A stretch of 64,000 nucleotides of DNA from an uncultured candidate division Zixibacteria bacterium (GCA_963713865.1 OY970208.1:800001-864000); one strand, 5' to 3'. Positions 1-10,412 are shown, counted from the first letter of the stretch. A program made the numbers and translations. Notes: generated by a model from the sequence alone, not told the origin.

Positions 1-2
1 TT

Positions 3-365
3 ATCGCTCTGGTGGGGATAGTGACCAAGAACGGTATCCTGATCGTTGAATTCGCCAATCAACGCCGAGCTAAAGGACTGTCGATCAGGGAAGCGGTGAT
101 CGACGCCGCATCCCAGCGATTCCGGCCGATCCTGATGACCAGTCTGGCAACGGTCTTCGGCATTCTGCCGATCGCCCTGGGACTTGGTGCTGCGGCCAAA
201 AGCCGGGTATCCATGGGAATCGTAATCATCGGCGGGCTTCTGTTTTCTCTTGGGTTGACACTGTTTATCATACCGGCACTTTATACCTATCTCTCGAGCC
301 GAAAAAGACATATTGAAGTTTCGGAAGTAAAGGCGGTCGAGCCGGAAAGTGCCCAGGTAAATTAG
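3..365 (+). CDS. RND (AcrB/AcrD/AcrF family) efflux permease, C-terminal part, truncated by window edge
   Basis: GIVTKNGILIVEFANQ and RFRPILMTSLAT motifs of the last RND transmembrane helices; frame open from window start. Confidence 0.93.
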   Translation: MALVGIVTKNGILIVEFANQRRAKGLSIREAVIDAASQRFRPILMTSLATVFGILPIALGLGAAAKSRVSMGIVIIGGLLFSLGLTLFIIPALYTYLSSRKRHIEVSEVKAVEPESAQVN

Positions 366-661
366 ATAAGCTCATAGAAAAACGGGGTTACTCACCAAGA
401 TCAACAGCCAATTTATTGCTGATATAATCCAGAAGCAGGAGCATTACGGAAATATTTATATGGGTCTAAGAGGTTGTTAATCAATAAATACAAATAAAAA
501 CGTGCTGCACTTCATGCACCCGGATCAGCGCGAAGTACCATCGTCTGCATGCCATCCTCAAGCCGCGGGTATTAGTTTTTGACCTGTGCTTGCCTACAGA
601 TTACGATTCATTGGTCGATAATTAAATAAAAGAACCAGGCAATTCATATTAGGGGGGAAGT

Positions 662-1105
662 ATGTTCACCAGATGGTCAGATCAGTTGCTTACAGGCAAT
701 GAAATCATAGACAAGCAGCACAAAGAGATTTTCGAGCTCGCTGCCCAATTGATTGAATCTGAGAAAACTGTCAAAATCGAGTTGGAGTCGAATAGAATCC
801 TCGAGTATCTTGAGGATTATTGTGATAGACATTTCTCCGCCGAAGAAGCGCTTCAAATAAAGTGCGGGTACCCGGGGTATGAGGCGCATAAAAAGATGCA
901 CGAAAGTTTCCGCGAAGAGCTGGTGGAATTAAAGCACAGATTTATCACATTCGGTGCCAGTTATACGCTGGCAGTTGAGACTATAGTCTTCATGCTCGAA
1001 TGGCTTGCAAATCATATTAACAAATCGGACAAGGTACTTGCCGCATACATTCGAAACATTAAGTCAGACAAATCCACGTCCGTATCTCGTTCTGTAAGTT
1101 CGTAA
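662..1105 (+). CDS. Bacteriohemerythrin
   Basis: W-x4-L-x-TG-x3-ID-x-QH, HF-x2-EE, YP-x4-H-x3-H and WL-x2-HI-x3-D iron-ligand pattern. Confidence 0.93.
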   Translation: MFTRWSDQLLTGNEIIDKQHKEIFELAAQLIESEKTVKIELESNRILEYLEDYCDRHFSAEEALQIKCGYPGYEAHKKMHESFREELVELKHRFITFGASYTLAVETIVFMLEWLANHINKSDKVLAAYIRNIKSDKSTSVSRSVSS

Positions 1106-1128
1106 TCCAGTGAGTGGTTTAATAGCTG

Positions 1129-1155
1129 GTAGGTCAGGAGCCTCATGCTCCTGGC
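1129..1155. repeat. GTAG-type REP-like palindrome (GTAGGTCAGGAGC...GCTCCTG family), copy 1
   Basis: Related copies at 2349-2379, 3555-3580 and 5605-5641. Confidence 0.7.
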
Positions 1156-1167
1156 ACTTTTATTTGT

Positions 1168-1316
1168 CTGTATTTTTAGAAGCTCGAGCAGCTTGTACAT
1201 CAGTACTGCTGGCCAAAAAAGAGCTTTGAAAATACCAAGCACCGCAGCCCAGAACGAGGTCACATGCTGGATGTAATAGACCATCCCGCCGATGAAAGCC
1301 ATCCCATAGATACCAT
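1168..1316 (-). pseudogene. 5'-truncated diverged duplicate of the small membrane protein at 2110-2280
   Basis: GIYGMAFIGGMVYYIQHVTSFWAAVLGIFKALFWPAVLMYKLLELLK matches the intact copy; stop codon lost (TAG to CAG); 5' end replaced by palindromes. Confidence 0.75.
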
Positions 1317-1320
1317 TTTA

Positions 1321-1391
1321 TCAGTTCACTAAAGTGAACTGCAAATGATTTTCTTAATTTTATCTATTCCAGTTGCTTTTAAGCAACTGAC
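1321..1391. repeat. REP doublet (REPIN-like) unit 1
   Basis: TCAGTTCACTAAAGTGAACTG hairpin, AT spacer, then CAGTTGCTTTTAAGCAACTG hairpin. Confidence 0.8.
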
Positions 1392-1427
1392 AAAATCTGT
1401 TTTTCTATCTATCCGGCTTTAGCCACA

Positions 1428-1868
1428 TTATTTTTGTCTTATCAAAGTCCATCCATACTTTTCCATAAACTCATTTACCTCATCCGCAAAAGATTTCTTA
1501 ATGTGATGTTTTTCCTGCTTAAGTATGTAATCTCTCACTGACTTCAAATGGCTTTCGCTGATACTCACGGCCCAGTAATCGTCCTGCCAGATAAACTTTG
1601 TATCTGCTAATCTGGCTTGGTTTATCCAGAATGATGATTCACCTTTTATCAGTTGAGCAACTTTACTGATAGTTTGATCTTTGTTGAGGGATAATAGGCA
1701 GTGAGCATGGTCGTGATAGCCATTTATGCAATCCAGCCAAATTCCTTTTTCTTCAGCATTTTGTTTGATGTGTTGAAACACTTTTTTTCTTATTTCCGCT
1801 GTTTGAAGAAATGGCTCTTTATTCTTGGTGGAGAAGACAAGATGTACCCATACTCTTACCCAGCTCAT
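1428..1868 (-). mobile_element. tnpA: IS200/IS605-family Y1 HUH transposase (TnpA, RAYT-like)
   Basis: HLVFSTK, DHAHCL (HUH), KGESS-x-W, WQDDY and YI-x2-Q-x2-HH motifs; flanked by 14-bp inverted GGCTTTAGCCACAT repeats at 1415-1428 and 1887-1900. Confidence 0.92.
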
Positions 1869-1922
1869 AATTTTATGTTAAGTTTTATGTGGCTAAAGCC
1901 AATCAATTTGTATATCTTCCTA

Positions 1923-2092
1923 TCAGTTCGCTGAAGCGAACTGCAAGTGATTTTCTTAATTTTATCTATTCCAATTACTTTCAAGCAACTGACTTTACCA
2001 ATCAGTTTATATTTTCTTCAATCAGTTCGCTGAAGCGAACTGCAATTGATCTCTCTGATCTCATATATTCCCGTTGCTTTTAAGCAACTGAC
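1923..2092. repeat. REP doublet units 2 and 3 in tandem (1923-1993, 2022-2092)
   Basis: TCAGTTCGCTGAAGCGAACTGCAA twice, each followed by an ...AAGCAACTGAC hairpin; unit 2 spacer nearly identical to unit 1. Confidence 0.8.
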
Positions 2093-2109
2093 AAGACTCT
2101 TTTATTTAT

Positions 2110-2280
2110 CTACATTTTCAGGAGCTCAAGCAGTTTGTACATAAGTACTGCCGGCCAAAAAAGGGCTTTGAAGATACCAAGCACCCCAGCCAGGAATGTG
2201 GTCGCATGCTGGATGTAATAGACCACCCCGCCAATGAAAGCCATCCCATAGATGCCGCCCCAAATACCTTTGTTATCCAT
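2110..2280 (-). CDS. Small membrane protein (56 aa), intact copy
   Basis: AGGAG RBS before ATG at 2280; hydrophobic; paralogous fragment at 1168-1316. Confidence 0.75.
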   Translation of the reverse strand: MDNKGIWGGIYGMAFIGGVVYYIQHATTFLAGVLGIFKALFWPAVLMYKLLELLKM

Positions 2281-2348
2281 ACGTTTACTCCTTTTATCTT
2301 CATGCGAGGTCAAATTGCGGTTATTAGTCATTTTGTCTTCCTGAATTG

Positions 2349-2379
2349 GTAGGTCAAGAACCTCGTGCTCCTGACCTAC
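2349..2379. repeat. GTAG-type REP-like palindrome, copy 2
   Basis: GTAGGTCAAGAACCTCGTGCTCCTGACCTAC. Confidence 0.7.
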
Positions 2380-2413
2380 GAGACTACACGAAGTTCCATA
2401 GCCCTCCAGCGCT

Positions 2414-2511
2414 GCCTAACGCAATTTTAACGGGTGCTGTGCCGCCACAAGTTATTGTCCGATTTATAAATCATTAGGCGCGGCAGCATCCCGTTCAAAA
2501 TAATGTTATAC
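2414..2511 (-). mobile_element. Integron attC recombination site
   Basis: Minus strand: R'' GTATAAC just after the stop of 2523-2708, L'' TTTTGAAC with an extra G relative to L' GTTAAAA, paired arms CGGGATGCTGCCG / CGGCACAGCACCCG, R' GTTAGGC. Confidence 0.8.
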
Positions 2512-2522
2512 GTAACTTATTG

Positions 2523-2708
2523 TTACCTACCACAACACGGGCATACACTGCTTGTTGGCCCAAGACTTTTTTGAATAGATTCAACTAATGGCTTACGATC
2601 ATCATATTCTCCCTTTTCAAAATTTTCGATAAATTCACGAACTTGCTTACGCCCATCATAATCAAGTTCAGAATAACCTTTGATTACATAATAAATTTTC
2701 TTGTCCAT
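2523..2708 (-). CDS. Small hypothetical protein with C-terminal CPCCGR motif, second gene of the cassette
   Basis: 61-aa ORF overlapping the upstream gene; AAGGAG RBS; ends 11 bp before the attC. Confidence 0.7.
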   Translation of the reverse strand: MDKKIYYVIKGYSELDYDGRKQVREFIENFEKGEYDDRKPLVESIQKSLGPTSSVCPCCGR

Positions 2709-3306
2709 CTTTTTACTCCTTTTTTTAATTCGCTTTCAAATTTACCACAAACATCACAATCTGTTGATTCCATTGACAAGGGGGTCATATTACAACCAAC
2801 ACATTCTCTTTTAAATTGTCTTAAAGCATATCTCATACCTCTACGTAATTCCCATTCCTTTATTGAATGCTTAGCATCTTGTTCACTCCTTGATTGGTAT
2901 CTTGCGTCAAGTATATCAATATTTTTTTCCAAAATTTCTTTATCCTCTGGTGGAATATTACCTAATTTATTAAAAGAGTTTGAGAGATTATTATAATCTT
3001 GAGAAGCTTCATATGAATAAGCTAATTCATCATCCCATTTGAATATAACAGCCAATACTGAAAAATAAGTTGAATTAATAAAAGTGGTATAGCTATATTA
3101 ATAATAGATTTTAGTATTTCCGAATCAATACCATAGCCCATAGCAGTTGCACCGACTGAAACAGGCGTTACAATGCCAAATACTTTTAATAAATTTATAT
3201 ATTTTGAAAATTGTTCTGCTCGTTTATCAAAAATAAATCCTTTGCCAAAAGTATGAAAGGAATCTTCCCATGCTTCTTAACGAAGTTTATTAAATTTATC
3301 TTCCAT
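2684..3306 (-). pseudogene. Mobilome CxxCx(11)CxxC protein with two TM helices; premature stop and frameshift
   Basis: ATG at 3306 with GAGG RBS; MEDKFNKLR* (TAA 3279-3277) continues EAWEDSFHTFGKG..., one base missing in the A run at 3061-3065; C-terminal CVGC-x11-CDVC. Confidence 0.75.
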
Positions 3307-3332
3307 AATTACCTCATTTAATGATTAATAAC

Positions 3333-3394
3333 GTATAACTTCTGTTTATATGGTTTCCAGATAAATCCGCTTGCCGGTTTTGTTTCCAGATAAA
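3333..3394 (-). mobile_element. attI-like cassette insertion site with direct repeats
   Basis: GTTATAC core (3339-3333) complementary to the attC R''; 13-bp direct repeats GTTTCCAGATAAA at 3353-3365 and 3382-3394. Confidence 0.55.
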
Positions 3395-3638
3395 ACGATT
3401 TGTGTAGAGTTGCATAAGTATCCTGTAATCAACGGCTTGGGCAAATCTTGGGCTTCATTTTGCGTCTTATATGGTTTCAGCATAATATGTATCCGCTCCT
3501 TCCTCAGAGGCTATCCACCGGGCTTTTCACGCCCCGACCTCCACGATTCAGTTGGTAGGTCAAAAGTCCCGTGCTCCAGAATAACTACTACCACACGAGC
3601 GCATCTACCATAACGAGAAATAAGTTGCAATTTGCATG

Positions 3639-5309
3639 TCAGAGCAAATCAGGTTGACTTGTATTTTTGCTTTCCCTTTTTGCTTTTTTGAAAGTTAACC
3701 CACCGCGTGATAGATCGGGGTACAATGGCGTCTCTTTACCTGACAACAAACCCTCAATCGACAATATTTGGATCTTTGGAAATGCTCCGTGTGCCGGAGA
3801 CTCATAAAAGCCTGCGCTTGTGGCTTCAACTATCATTGGTTTTGTGGGAGGAGCCAACGTCACAAACAATCCTATTTGTGCCTTTTCACGTTCAACCGTA
3901 TTTTTCAAATCTGCTATCATTGTTCGTGTGACGTTTTCACCGCTTTTGACCGATACGATAATCTTCTTCGCCTCTCCTTTGTCATCCTGAAAATATATGA
4001 TGCCGTCAATGCCAGTGTCTGCCCCTTTTTTCTTACCCTTGTAGGGTTGAGCATTAACTAAAGCACACGCCCACCACTGAAACTCATACTTGTTTCGTTC
4101 AGCCAACTCTTTTGCACCGTCGAAATCTTTTGGTGTTCCAAAGACTTCAAAGGTTATGGAAGGAAATGCACTCTTAAGTCGCTTTTCAATAAGGCTGATA
4201 GCGAGATGCGTAATGTCAATTCCAATCCAGTCACGTCCAAGCTTCTGGGCAGCATGCACTGCTGTGCCGCAACCGCAAAACGGGTCAAGCACAAGTTCAC
4301 CTGGATTGCTACTGGCACTGATGATTCGTTCCAACAAGGCGAGCGGTTTTTGAGTGGGATAACCAAGTCGCTCGGCGGCTTGGGAGTTGATAGGAGGAAT
4401 ATCAGTAATTACGTCCTGAATTGGCATTCCCTCAGACAAATAATGTTTGTACTCAGGAGTTCCCAACCTACCTCCACGCTTTTCAGGAAATCTAATGTAC
4501 CCGTGTTGATCTAATAAATCAAGTTGTTGCTGGGTAGTCATCCCTTCAGGAAGGTTATCCCCCAATATGGGGAGTAATAGTTTTTGAGGAACTGCCCAAT
4601 GTCTCCCGATTGAACCTGGATCATAGCCTCGCCAAGATTTTCCAGAATCGCCGCTAGTGGTTCCTGGTGCAGTTAGCACTACCAACCGATAACGGCCTCG
4701 GTTATCTTGGTAGCGGTATTTGCTGTCAAGGTAGGTCTCAGTATGAGCCTGCTTTGGTTTAGTCCAGATGTAACTATCTGATTTTGAATAAAAAAACAAG
4801 ATGTCATGTACATCACCCCACTTATCAGGTGAACCATGAGCAAAAGTACGTTTCCATACAATCTCGTTCCGAAAGTTTTGCGCCCCAAAAACCGTATCCA
4901 GTACAATCTTGAGGTAATGGCTGGTCGTTGGGTCACAATGTAAATAGAGACTCCCTGATGGCTTGAGAACGCGGTGCAACTCTTCCAGCCGATTAGCCAT
5001 CATAGTGAGATAGGCCATAACGTCGTTCTCACCCAAAAATCGGCGAAGTGCCTGCACTGTCTCTGCTATGTTGGTATTCGGCTGATGTAAAAGTTCCGCA
5101 AACTCTCTCTCGGCTTGGTCACCCCAGTGCCACGTATCTTCAAAAGCTGTTATCTGCGCATCAGATACATGACCCTTAGGTGTTTTGAATAACAAGTTGT
5201 AGGCACGCTTGCTGTTGAAAGGTGGGTCGAGATAAATCAAATCCACGCTTTCATCTTTGATATGTTCGCGCAAGATGTTAAGGTTATCACCAAAGTAGAG
5301 TGTACCCAT
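3639..5309 (-). CDS. Site-specific N6A/N4C DNA methyltransferase (beta class) fused to a C-terminal Mrr-like endonuclease domain
   Basis: DLIYLDPPF motif IV precedes YPTQKP and VLDPFCGCGT motif I; C-terminal D-x-GIDG...VSVKSG. Confidence 0.9.
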   Translation of the reverse strand: MGTLYFGDNLNILREHIKDESVDLIYLDPPFNSKRAYNLLFKTPKGHVSDAQITAFEDTWHWGDQAEREFAELLHQPNTNIAETVQALRRFLGENDVMAYLTMMANRLEELHRVLKPSGSLYLHCDPTTSHYLKIVLDTVFGAQNFRNEIVWKRTFAHGSPDKWGDVHDILFFYSKSDSYIWTKPKQAHTETYLDSKYRYQDNRGRYRLVVLTAPGTTSGDSGKSWRGYDPGSIGRHWAVPQKLLLPILGDNLPEGMTTQQQLDLLDQHGYIRFPEKRGGRLGTPEYKHYLSEGMPIQDVITDIPPINSQAAERLGYPTQKPLALLERIISASSNPGELVLDPFCGCGTAVHAAQKLGRDWIGIDITHLAISLIEKRLKSAFPSITFEVFGTPKDFDGAKELAERNKYEFQWWACALVNAQPYKGKKKGADTGIDGIIYFQDDKGEAKKIIVSVKSGENVTRTMIADLKNTVEREKAQIGLFVTLAPPTKPMIVEATSAGFYESPAHGAFPKIQILSIEGLLSGKETPLYPDLSRGGLTFKKAKRESKNTSQPDLL

Positions 5310-5604
5310 ATTCACCGTTAAATTCGCTCGTTTCGCGAGCGCATCTCACTATTGATTATATGGTTTGCGTATAAAAATCTTTATCTAGCTTGACACCAGC
5401 CAAAGACACCCAACCATATCATCCGTATCATTCACTCCCCAAACCGAGACACCCCAGCATATATTTATTGCCACCGATTTCTGGGGAACTCTATTCTATT
5501 CATTTAGGGCATTATAATCATTTATGCAACCATGTCAAGTATCTTTTTGGGGAATGTCCCCAATGAGATTTGAACTCGAGTCTACAAAAACTAAAAACGA
5601 ATGG

Positions 5605-5641
5605 GTAGGACAGTATCAGGAGCGCGGGGCTCCTGACCTAC
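5605..5641. repeat. GTAG-type REP-like palindrome, copy 4
   Basis: GTAGG...TCAGGAGCGCGGGGCTCCTGACCTAC. Confidence 0.65.
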
Positions 5642-5694
5642 AAACTATGAACTTTGAACCACAAACCCTGAACCGACTTTTAAAACAGGTCTGG

Positions 5695-6899
5695 TTATAA
5701 CTTCACCAATTCCACCCGACGGTTGTTTGCCTTTCCCTCCGGGGTATTGTTCGTATCGATCGGCTTCGATTCGCCCCAGCCCTTGGATTCGAGGCGTTCA
5801 GCAGCAATCTTGTAGTTTCCGATAAGATAGTTCCTCACCGATGCCGCTCGATTTTGCGACAAGGTCAGGTTGTATTCGTCAGCCCCGTCGCTGTCCGTAT
5901 GCCCCTCGATGGACAAACGCAGAGCGGGATTATCGGTCAAAAGCGCGCCGATATCCGCCAGCGTCTTGTATGACTCACCCTTGATCTTGTCCGAGCCCGA
6001 ATCGAAGAGGATGCCGTGAGTGACGATCCGTCCCGCCTCATCCAGCTGCTGCTTTAGCGTTTTACCTCCCTCGGCGTAGCGGAACGTGCCGATCAGCATC
6101 GGATTGTTGGGCTCGTCCAGCCAGGGATCCATATAAACCCCGAAGTCCACCGGTTTGAAACCCTCGACGGCCGGGACGTTAGCTACACGCTCGTTGTCGA
6201 TGTAACACTTCATCGTGCTCTGCGTGGCCATGATGCGCATGGTGTGGATCCCCCCGAAAGCGGCGCGCTCAGCTCTTTGGAGGCAATGTCCTTATCCAAG
6301 AGCCTGAGGTTGGTTCTGAACTTATCCTGTATGTTGAAGTTGCCGATCTCCTGACCCTCACCGTTGTACCACTTGATGAAGAACCAATGACCCCTCGTAT
6401 CCCCCCCTTTAATGTAGAATTCCATTTCGATAGTGTACTTCGGCGGGAGAGGTCCGGTTGCGATCTTGGGGCGGATGGAACCCTTGTCCGTGCACAGGAT
6501 GTAGTTCTTGCCGCCTTGCTTGGCAATCTCGAAAACCCCCTCATCCAGCCTCCACCGGGAGGGGAACTCGCCCATTTCCTCGCTGGAGAAGTCGTCGTAG
6601 AAGATGACCTTGTCCCCGGGGACGAAGTCGTACTTGGTGTAAAGCGACATATCTTCTGAAGCTCCGGGAGCAGTCGGCTGTGCTTTCACCGTATCGGAGG
6701 CGGGCTTTTCGGCTGACTCTTTGTTAGCCTTGGAAGTATCCGAAGCTGTTTCTTCCTTCCCCTTGATTGTCTCCTCAACCTTCTTTTTCGCTTTTTCTTT
6801 TGCCTGGTCCTTGAGCTTCCCAAACTGTGCCGTGGCCGGGGACGACACAGCTATGAGAGCGAAGCAGAACAAGACAATTAAAGTAAATTTTGATTTCAT
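5695..6899 (-). CDS. Secreted OmpA-family protein, split by a frameshift in a G run near 6250-6255
   Basis: Signal peptide, YDFVPGDKVIFYDDF domain; C-terminal IEGHTDSDG, LSQNRA, NRRVE; one extra G restores SGGIHTMRIM. Confidence 0.85.
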
Positions 6900-7345
6900 A
6901 AAGCTCTCCTTTCTTCATCAAACCCAATGGGAAGTTATCTCTCTACCCATTAAGATGTTTAGTTTTTCACCTGTGGCTCAAAGCGAGCAGGTGGTTAGCT
7001 TTTTTTCCCAACTTTTAGTAGCTCATTTCCCATTTCGGGGTTATATAGAAATTTATATAAAAATATACAGACTTTTAACCTTGTCAAGCTTTTTTTGGTG
7101 AAGATTAGAGAAAGATAAGGTCAATTAATTTCTTGCATTCCGATTCGAGGCGATTTATATTATGACCGAGGCGGGTCCATATTACGCGCCGAGGTAGGCT
7201 CAATGACTCGCCGCTTACCAGACCCGACTGTTTCCTGGCTATGGTAAGCCAACTGAAATGTGTCTGGAAACAGCTGAAGCTTGGTGAGATTAAGTTCGAC
7301 CGTGGACACAGAATTCGAGTTACATATCATAAGGAGAGATAACCC

Positions 7346-9498
7346 ATGAAAATAACGAAGTACATGAATTGCGTGGCTGCTGGAATGCTTGTTGGCATTC
7401 TATGCTTCCAGGTGTCGGCACAGGTGCCCCGACCCCGAAACAACCTGTTGTGGACGTTTATTTCGGCAAACAGGTGACAGATAACTATCGCTGGTTGGAA
7501 AACATCAATGATAAACAAGTTCAAGATTGGTTCAAAGCTCAACATGATTACACTGACAGCATTCTTAGCCGCATACCTGGCCGCGACAGTCTCGTTCAGA
7601 TGTTGCTATACTACAATTCGCTCAAATCGGCGTCCTACAGCGGCATCACCCGCAAAGCGGGACGGTACTTCTACAAGAAAACCTTATCCAATGAGATCGT
7701 CGGCAAATTGTATTACCGTGAAGGTGAAACGGGCAAAGAAATCCTCCTTTATGATGCCGGCCTAGACAACAAGGGTCAGCCTCAATCCATCACTTTTTTC
7801 GTTCCAAGCGAAGATGGCAAGACAATTGCCTTCGGCACCGCAACTGGTGGAGCCGAGATTTCCACCATGTACATAATGAATGTGGACTCTAAAAAGCTCT
7901 ATCCCGAAAAGATCTATCCCACTTGGGGTGATTGCTCTTGGTCTCCGGATAGCAAAAGCTTAATTTACACGCCAATGAACTCCGGGGATAATACATCTAT
8001 GGATCTCCTGCTGGATACCCGCAGCATGTATCATGTTGTTGGTACGGACACGTCCGCAGACAAAGAATTGTTCTCCAGAAAGAAATACCCGGCGCTGGGC
8101 GCGGTACCTGAAGATTTGTGCGTCGTTAATTATACTGAAGACTATAAGTACATAATTGCCTACTTATACACAGTCTCCAACGACTTGAATTGCTTCTATG
8201 CCCCCGCGACGGAGCTTCTGAATCCTACGATCAATTGGAAGCGGCTCTTCAAGAAAGAGGACCATGTCACCGGCTTCATAGCCCGAGGAGATGATATATA
8301 TCTGCTCACGTATGCCAATGCCCCGCAATATAAAATACTGAAGACAAGCTTTGGGAATGTCGACGTCTCCACAGCTACCACTGTTATACCCGAAGGTAAA
8401 GATAAGATCGACAATATATCCCGATGCAAGGATTATTTGTATTATAAGACAACCGATGGCATAAACTCTCACCTTTATCGATACAGTCTCTACTCAGGCA
8501 AAATAGATGAAATTCCTCTGCCTTTTTCCGGTTCTGCTGGAGTGAGACCCTTCGATATCAAAACAAATGACGCTCTTGTTTTCGTTACCTCCTGGACAAG
8601 ACCCAGCACCGTTTTTGATTACGTTCCAGCAAAGAATGGGATTACCAAATCAGCGTTTAATACGGCGGCAGTTTACCCTGGGGTAGAGGATATTGTGGTG
8701 GAGGAGCTGGAGGTTCCCAGCCATGATGGTATTATGGTCCCACTCTCACTTATGTATAACAAACATCTCAAGAAGGATGGGTCGGCGGTCTGTTTCATGA
8801 CAGGGTATGGAGCGTATGGTTCTTCAGCTACCCCTTATTTCAGCATTCTCTCGCTAGCCCTCTTGAATAAAGGAGTCATTGTAGCGGAAACGCATCCCAG
8901 AGGCGGCAGCGAAAAAGGAGAGAATTGGTATAAGGCGGGATATAAGCTAACTAAGCCGAACACCTGGAAAGATTTCATAGCCTGCGGAGAGTATCTCGTA
9001 AAGAATAATTATACCAGTCCCCAGCACCTAATTGGAGAAGGAACAAGTGCTGGCGGCATATTGATTGGCCGAGCCATCACCAATCGCCCTGATCTGTTCG
9101 CGGCTGCTATCAGCAATGTGAGTAGTAGCAACGCCCTGCGCTTTGAAAACACACCTAATGGTCCAGATAATGCTCCCGAATTCGGTACTGTGAAAGACTC
9201 GGCCGAGTGCATGGCGCTATATGAAATGGACGCGTTCCAGCATGTCAAGGACGGAACTGCCTACCCGGCAGTGATCTGCGTCGGCGGAATGAACGACCCC
9301 CGGGTAAGTGCATGGGAACCTGGTAAATTTGCCGCGGCATTGCAGAACGCTACCTCCTCTGGAAAGCCGGTGCTGCTTAAGGTGAACTATGACAATGGAC
9401 ACTTTACAGAAGACAAGAAAGTTACATTTGGGAACTTTGCCTCAATGTATGCATTTGCCTTGTGGCAAGCGGGACACCCCGATTTTCAGCCCAGGTGA
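7346..9498 (+). CDS. Secreted prolyl oligopeptidase (S9A); frameshift in C run at 7427-7430
   Basis: AAGGAG RBS, ATG 7346 and signal peptide in a different frame from DNYRWLE; GYGAYG, GTSAGG (Ser), DPRV (Asp), GH (His). Confidence 0.9.
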
Positions 9499-9915
9499 TT
9501 GATACCGATCGCTAACTACTGAACAAAAGTAGCTGTGTACGGGTTGCTCTTTGTTAAAAATGATTTCAAAATCCAGTCTTGACGACTGGAGCGTATTATA
9601 GGTACCAGGCAGAGCCAGAGGCCCGGAGTCCGTGGTCAAAGTGATTGGCGGCCGACTTGCCAGGAGTATGCTGGTGACAACAATTTTAGACTCGTGGGGG
9701 ATGAAAATAGACTCAATTGGTTTATTGCGGCCCCGACCTCACTCTCGGCAAGCTTTTGTAGCCTTCGAGTTCAATTTCCGATTGCACTATGCCAGAATCA
9801 ACGGAAGCCGGTAGAAAACAATCGAATAATTAGACGAAGCTCCATAGCGGTGTGACAGCCTATGCATGATAGGGGACGATACTGCGCTATTAGGGTAGTT
9901 TGCAAGTCCGTTTGG

Positions 9916-10412
9916 TTATCCTTCATTTTTTTTATGTTCACCCTTCGCCTTAAAGACCCAGCGCGGGGCAGAATCGATGGTCTGCCGGAGAATGAGGTTC
10001 AGCTGTGCCGCATGTTGTATAGATGTAACGCCGCAATGCTGAAGTCAGCCGTTCCGAAGGTCCAGTGCTGACGAGCTTTCTCGTCCGTCAGGGCTTCAAT
10101 CGTCGCCCGGCACTTGTTGCGGCCATGCTCAAGATAGGTTTGTAGCTCGTCTTTCGTATAGGGACGTTCTGGAATAAGCCCGGCTGGGTCCAACTCTTCA
10201 AGTGTGAAAGGAGCCGGGGGAGCAAATCCCTCAGCCGAGTCGGACAGGTAAAGATCGAGCCAGAAGAGCGTGTGATAGGCCAGATACCAGAACTCCGGTT
10301 GCCGCGAGCGGTCACTCCATACCTTGTCCAGACAGGCGACCAGGGCATTTTCGAGCATGTCAATAGCAGCCCCGAACTGCTGCCACAGGATTGTTCTCCA
10401 GAAAGTATCCAT
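9916..10412 (-). pseudogene. DinB family protein with a short internal deletion
   Basis: QFGAAIDML, FWYLAYHTLFWLDLYLS and LYNMRH; the expected VQHHAA-like segment is missing and AQLNLILRQ...PRWV continues in another frame. Confidence 0.75.

Noticed and set aside
1321-2092. CRISPR array
   Set aside because: Repeats are hairpin doublets with conserved rather than unique spacers, flank a transposase, and no cas genes are present.
7165-7310. Structured leader or attC upstream of the S9 peptidase
   Set aside because: Complementary segments exist, but there are no proper R''/R' boxes and no recognisable riboswitch consensus.
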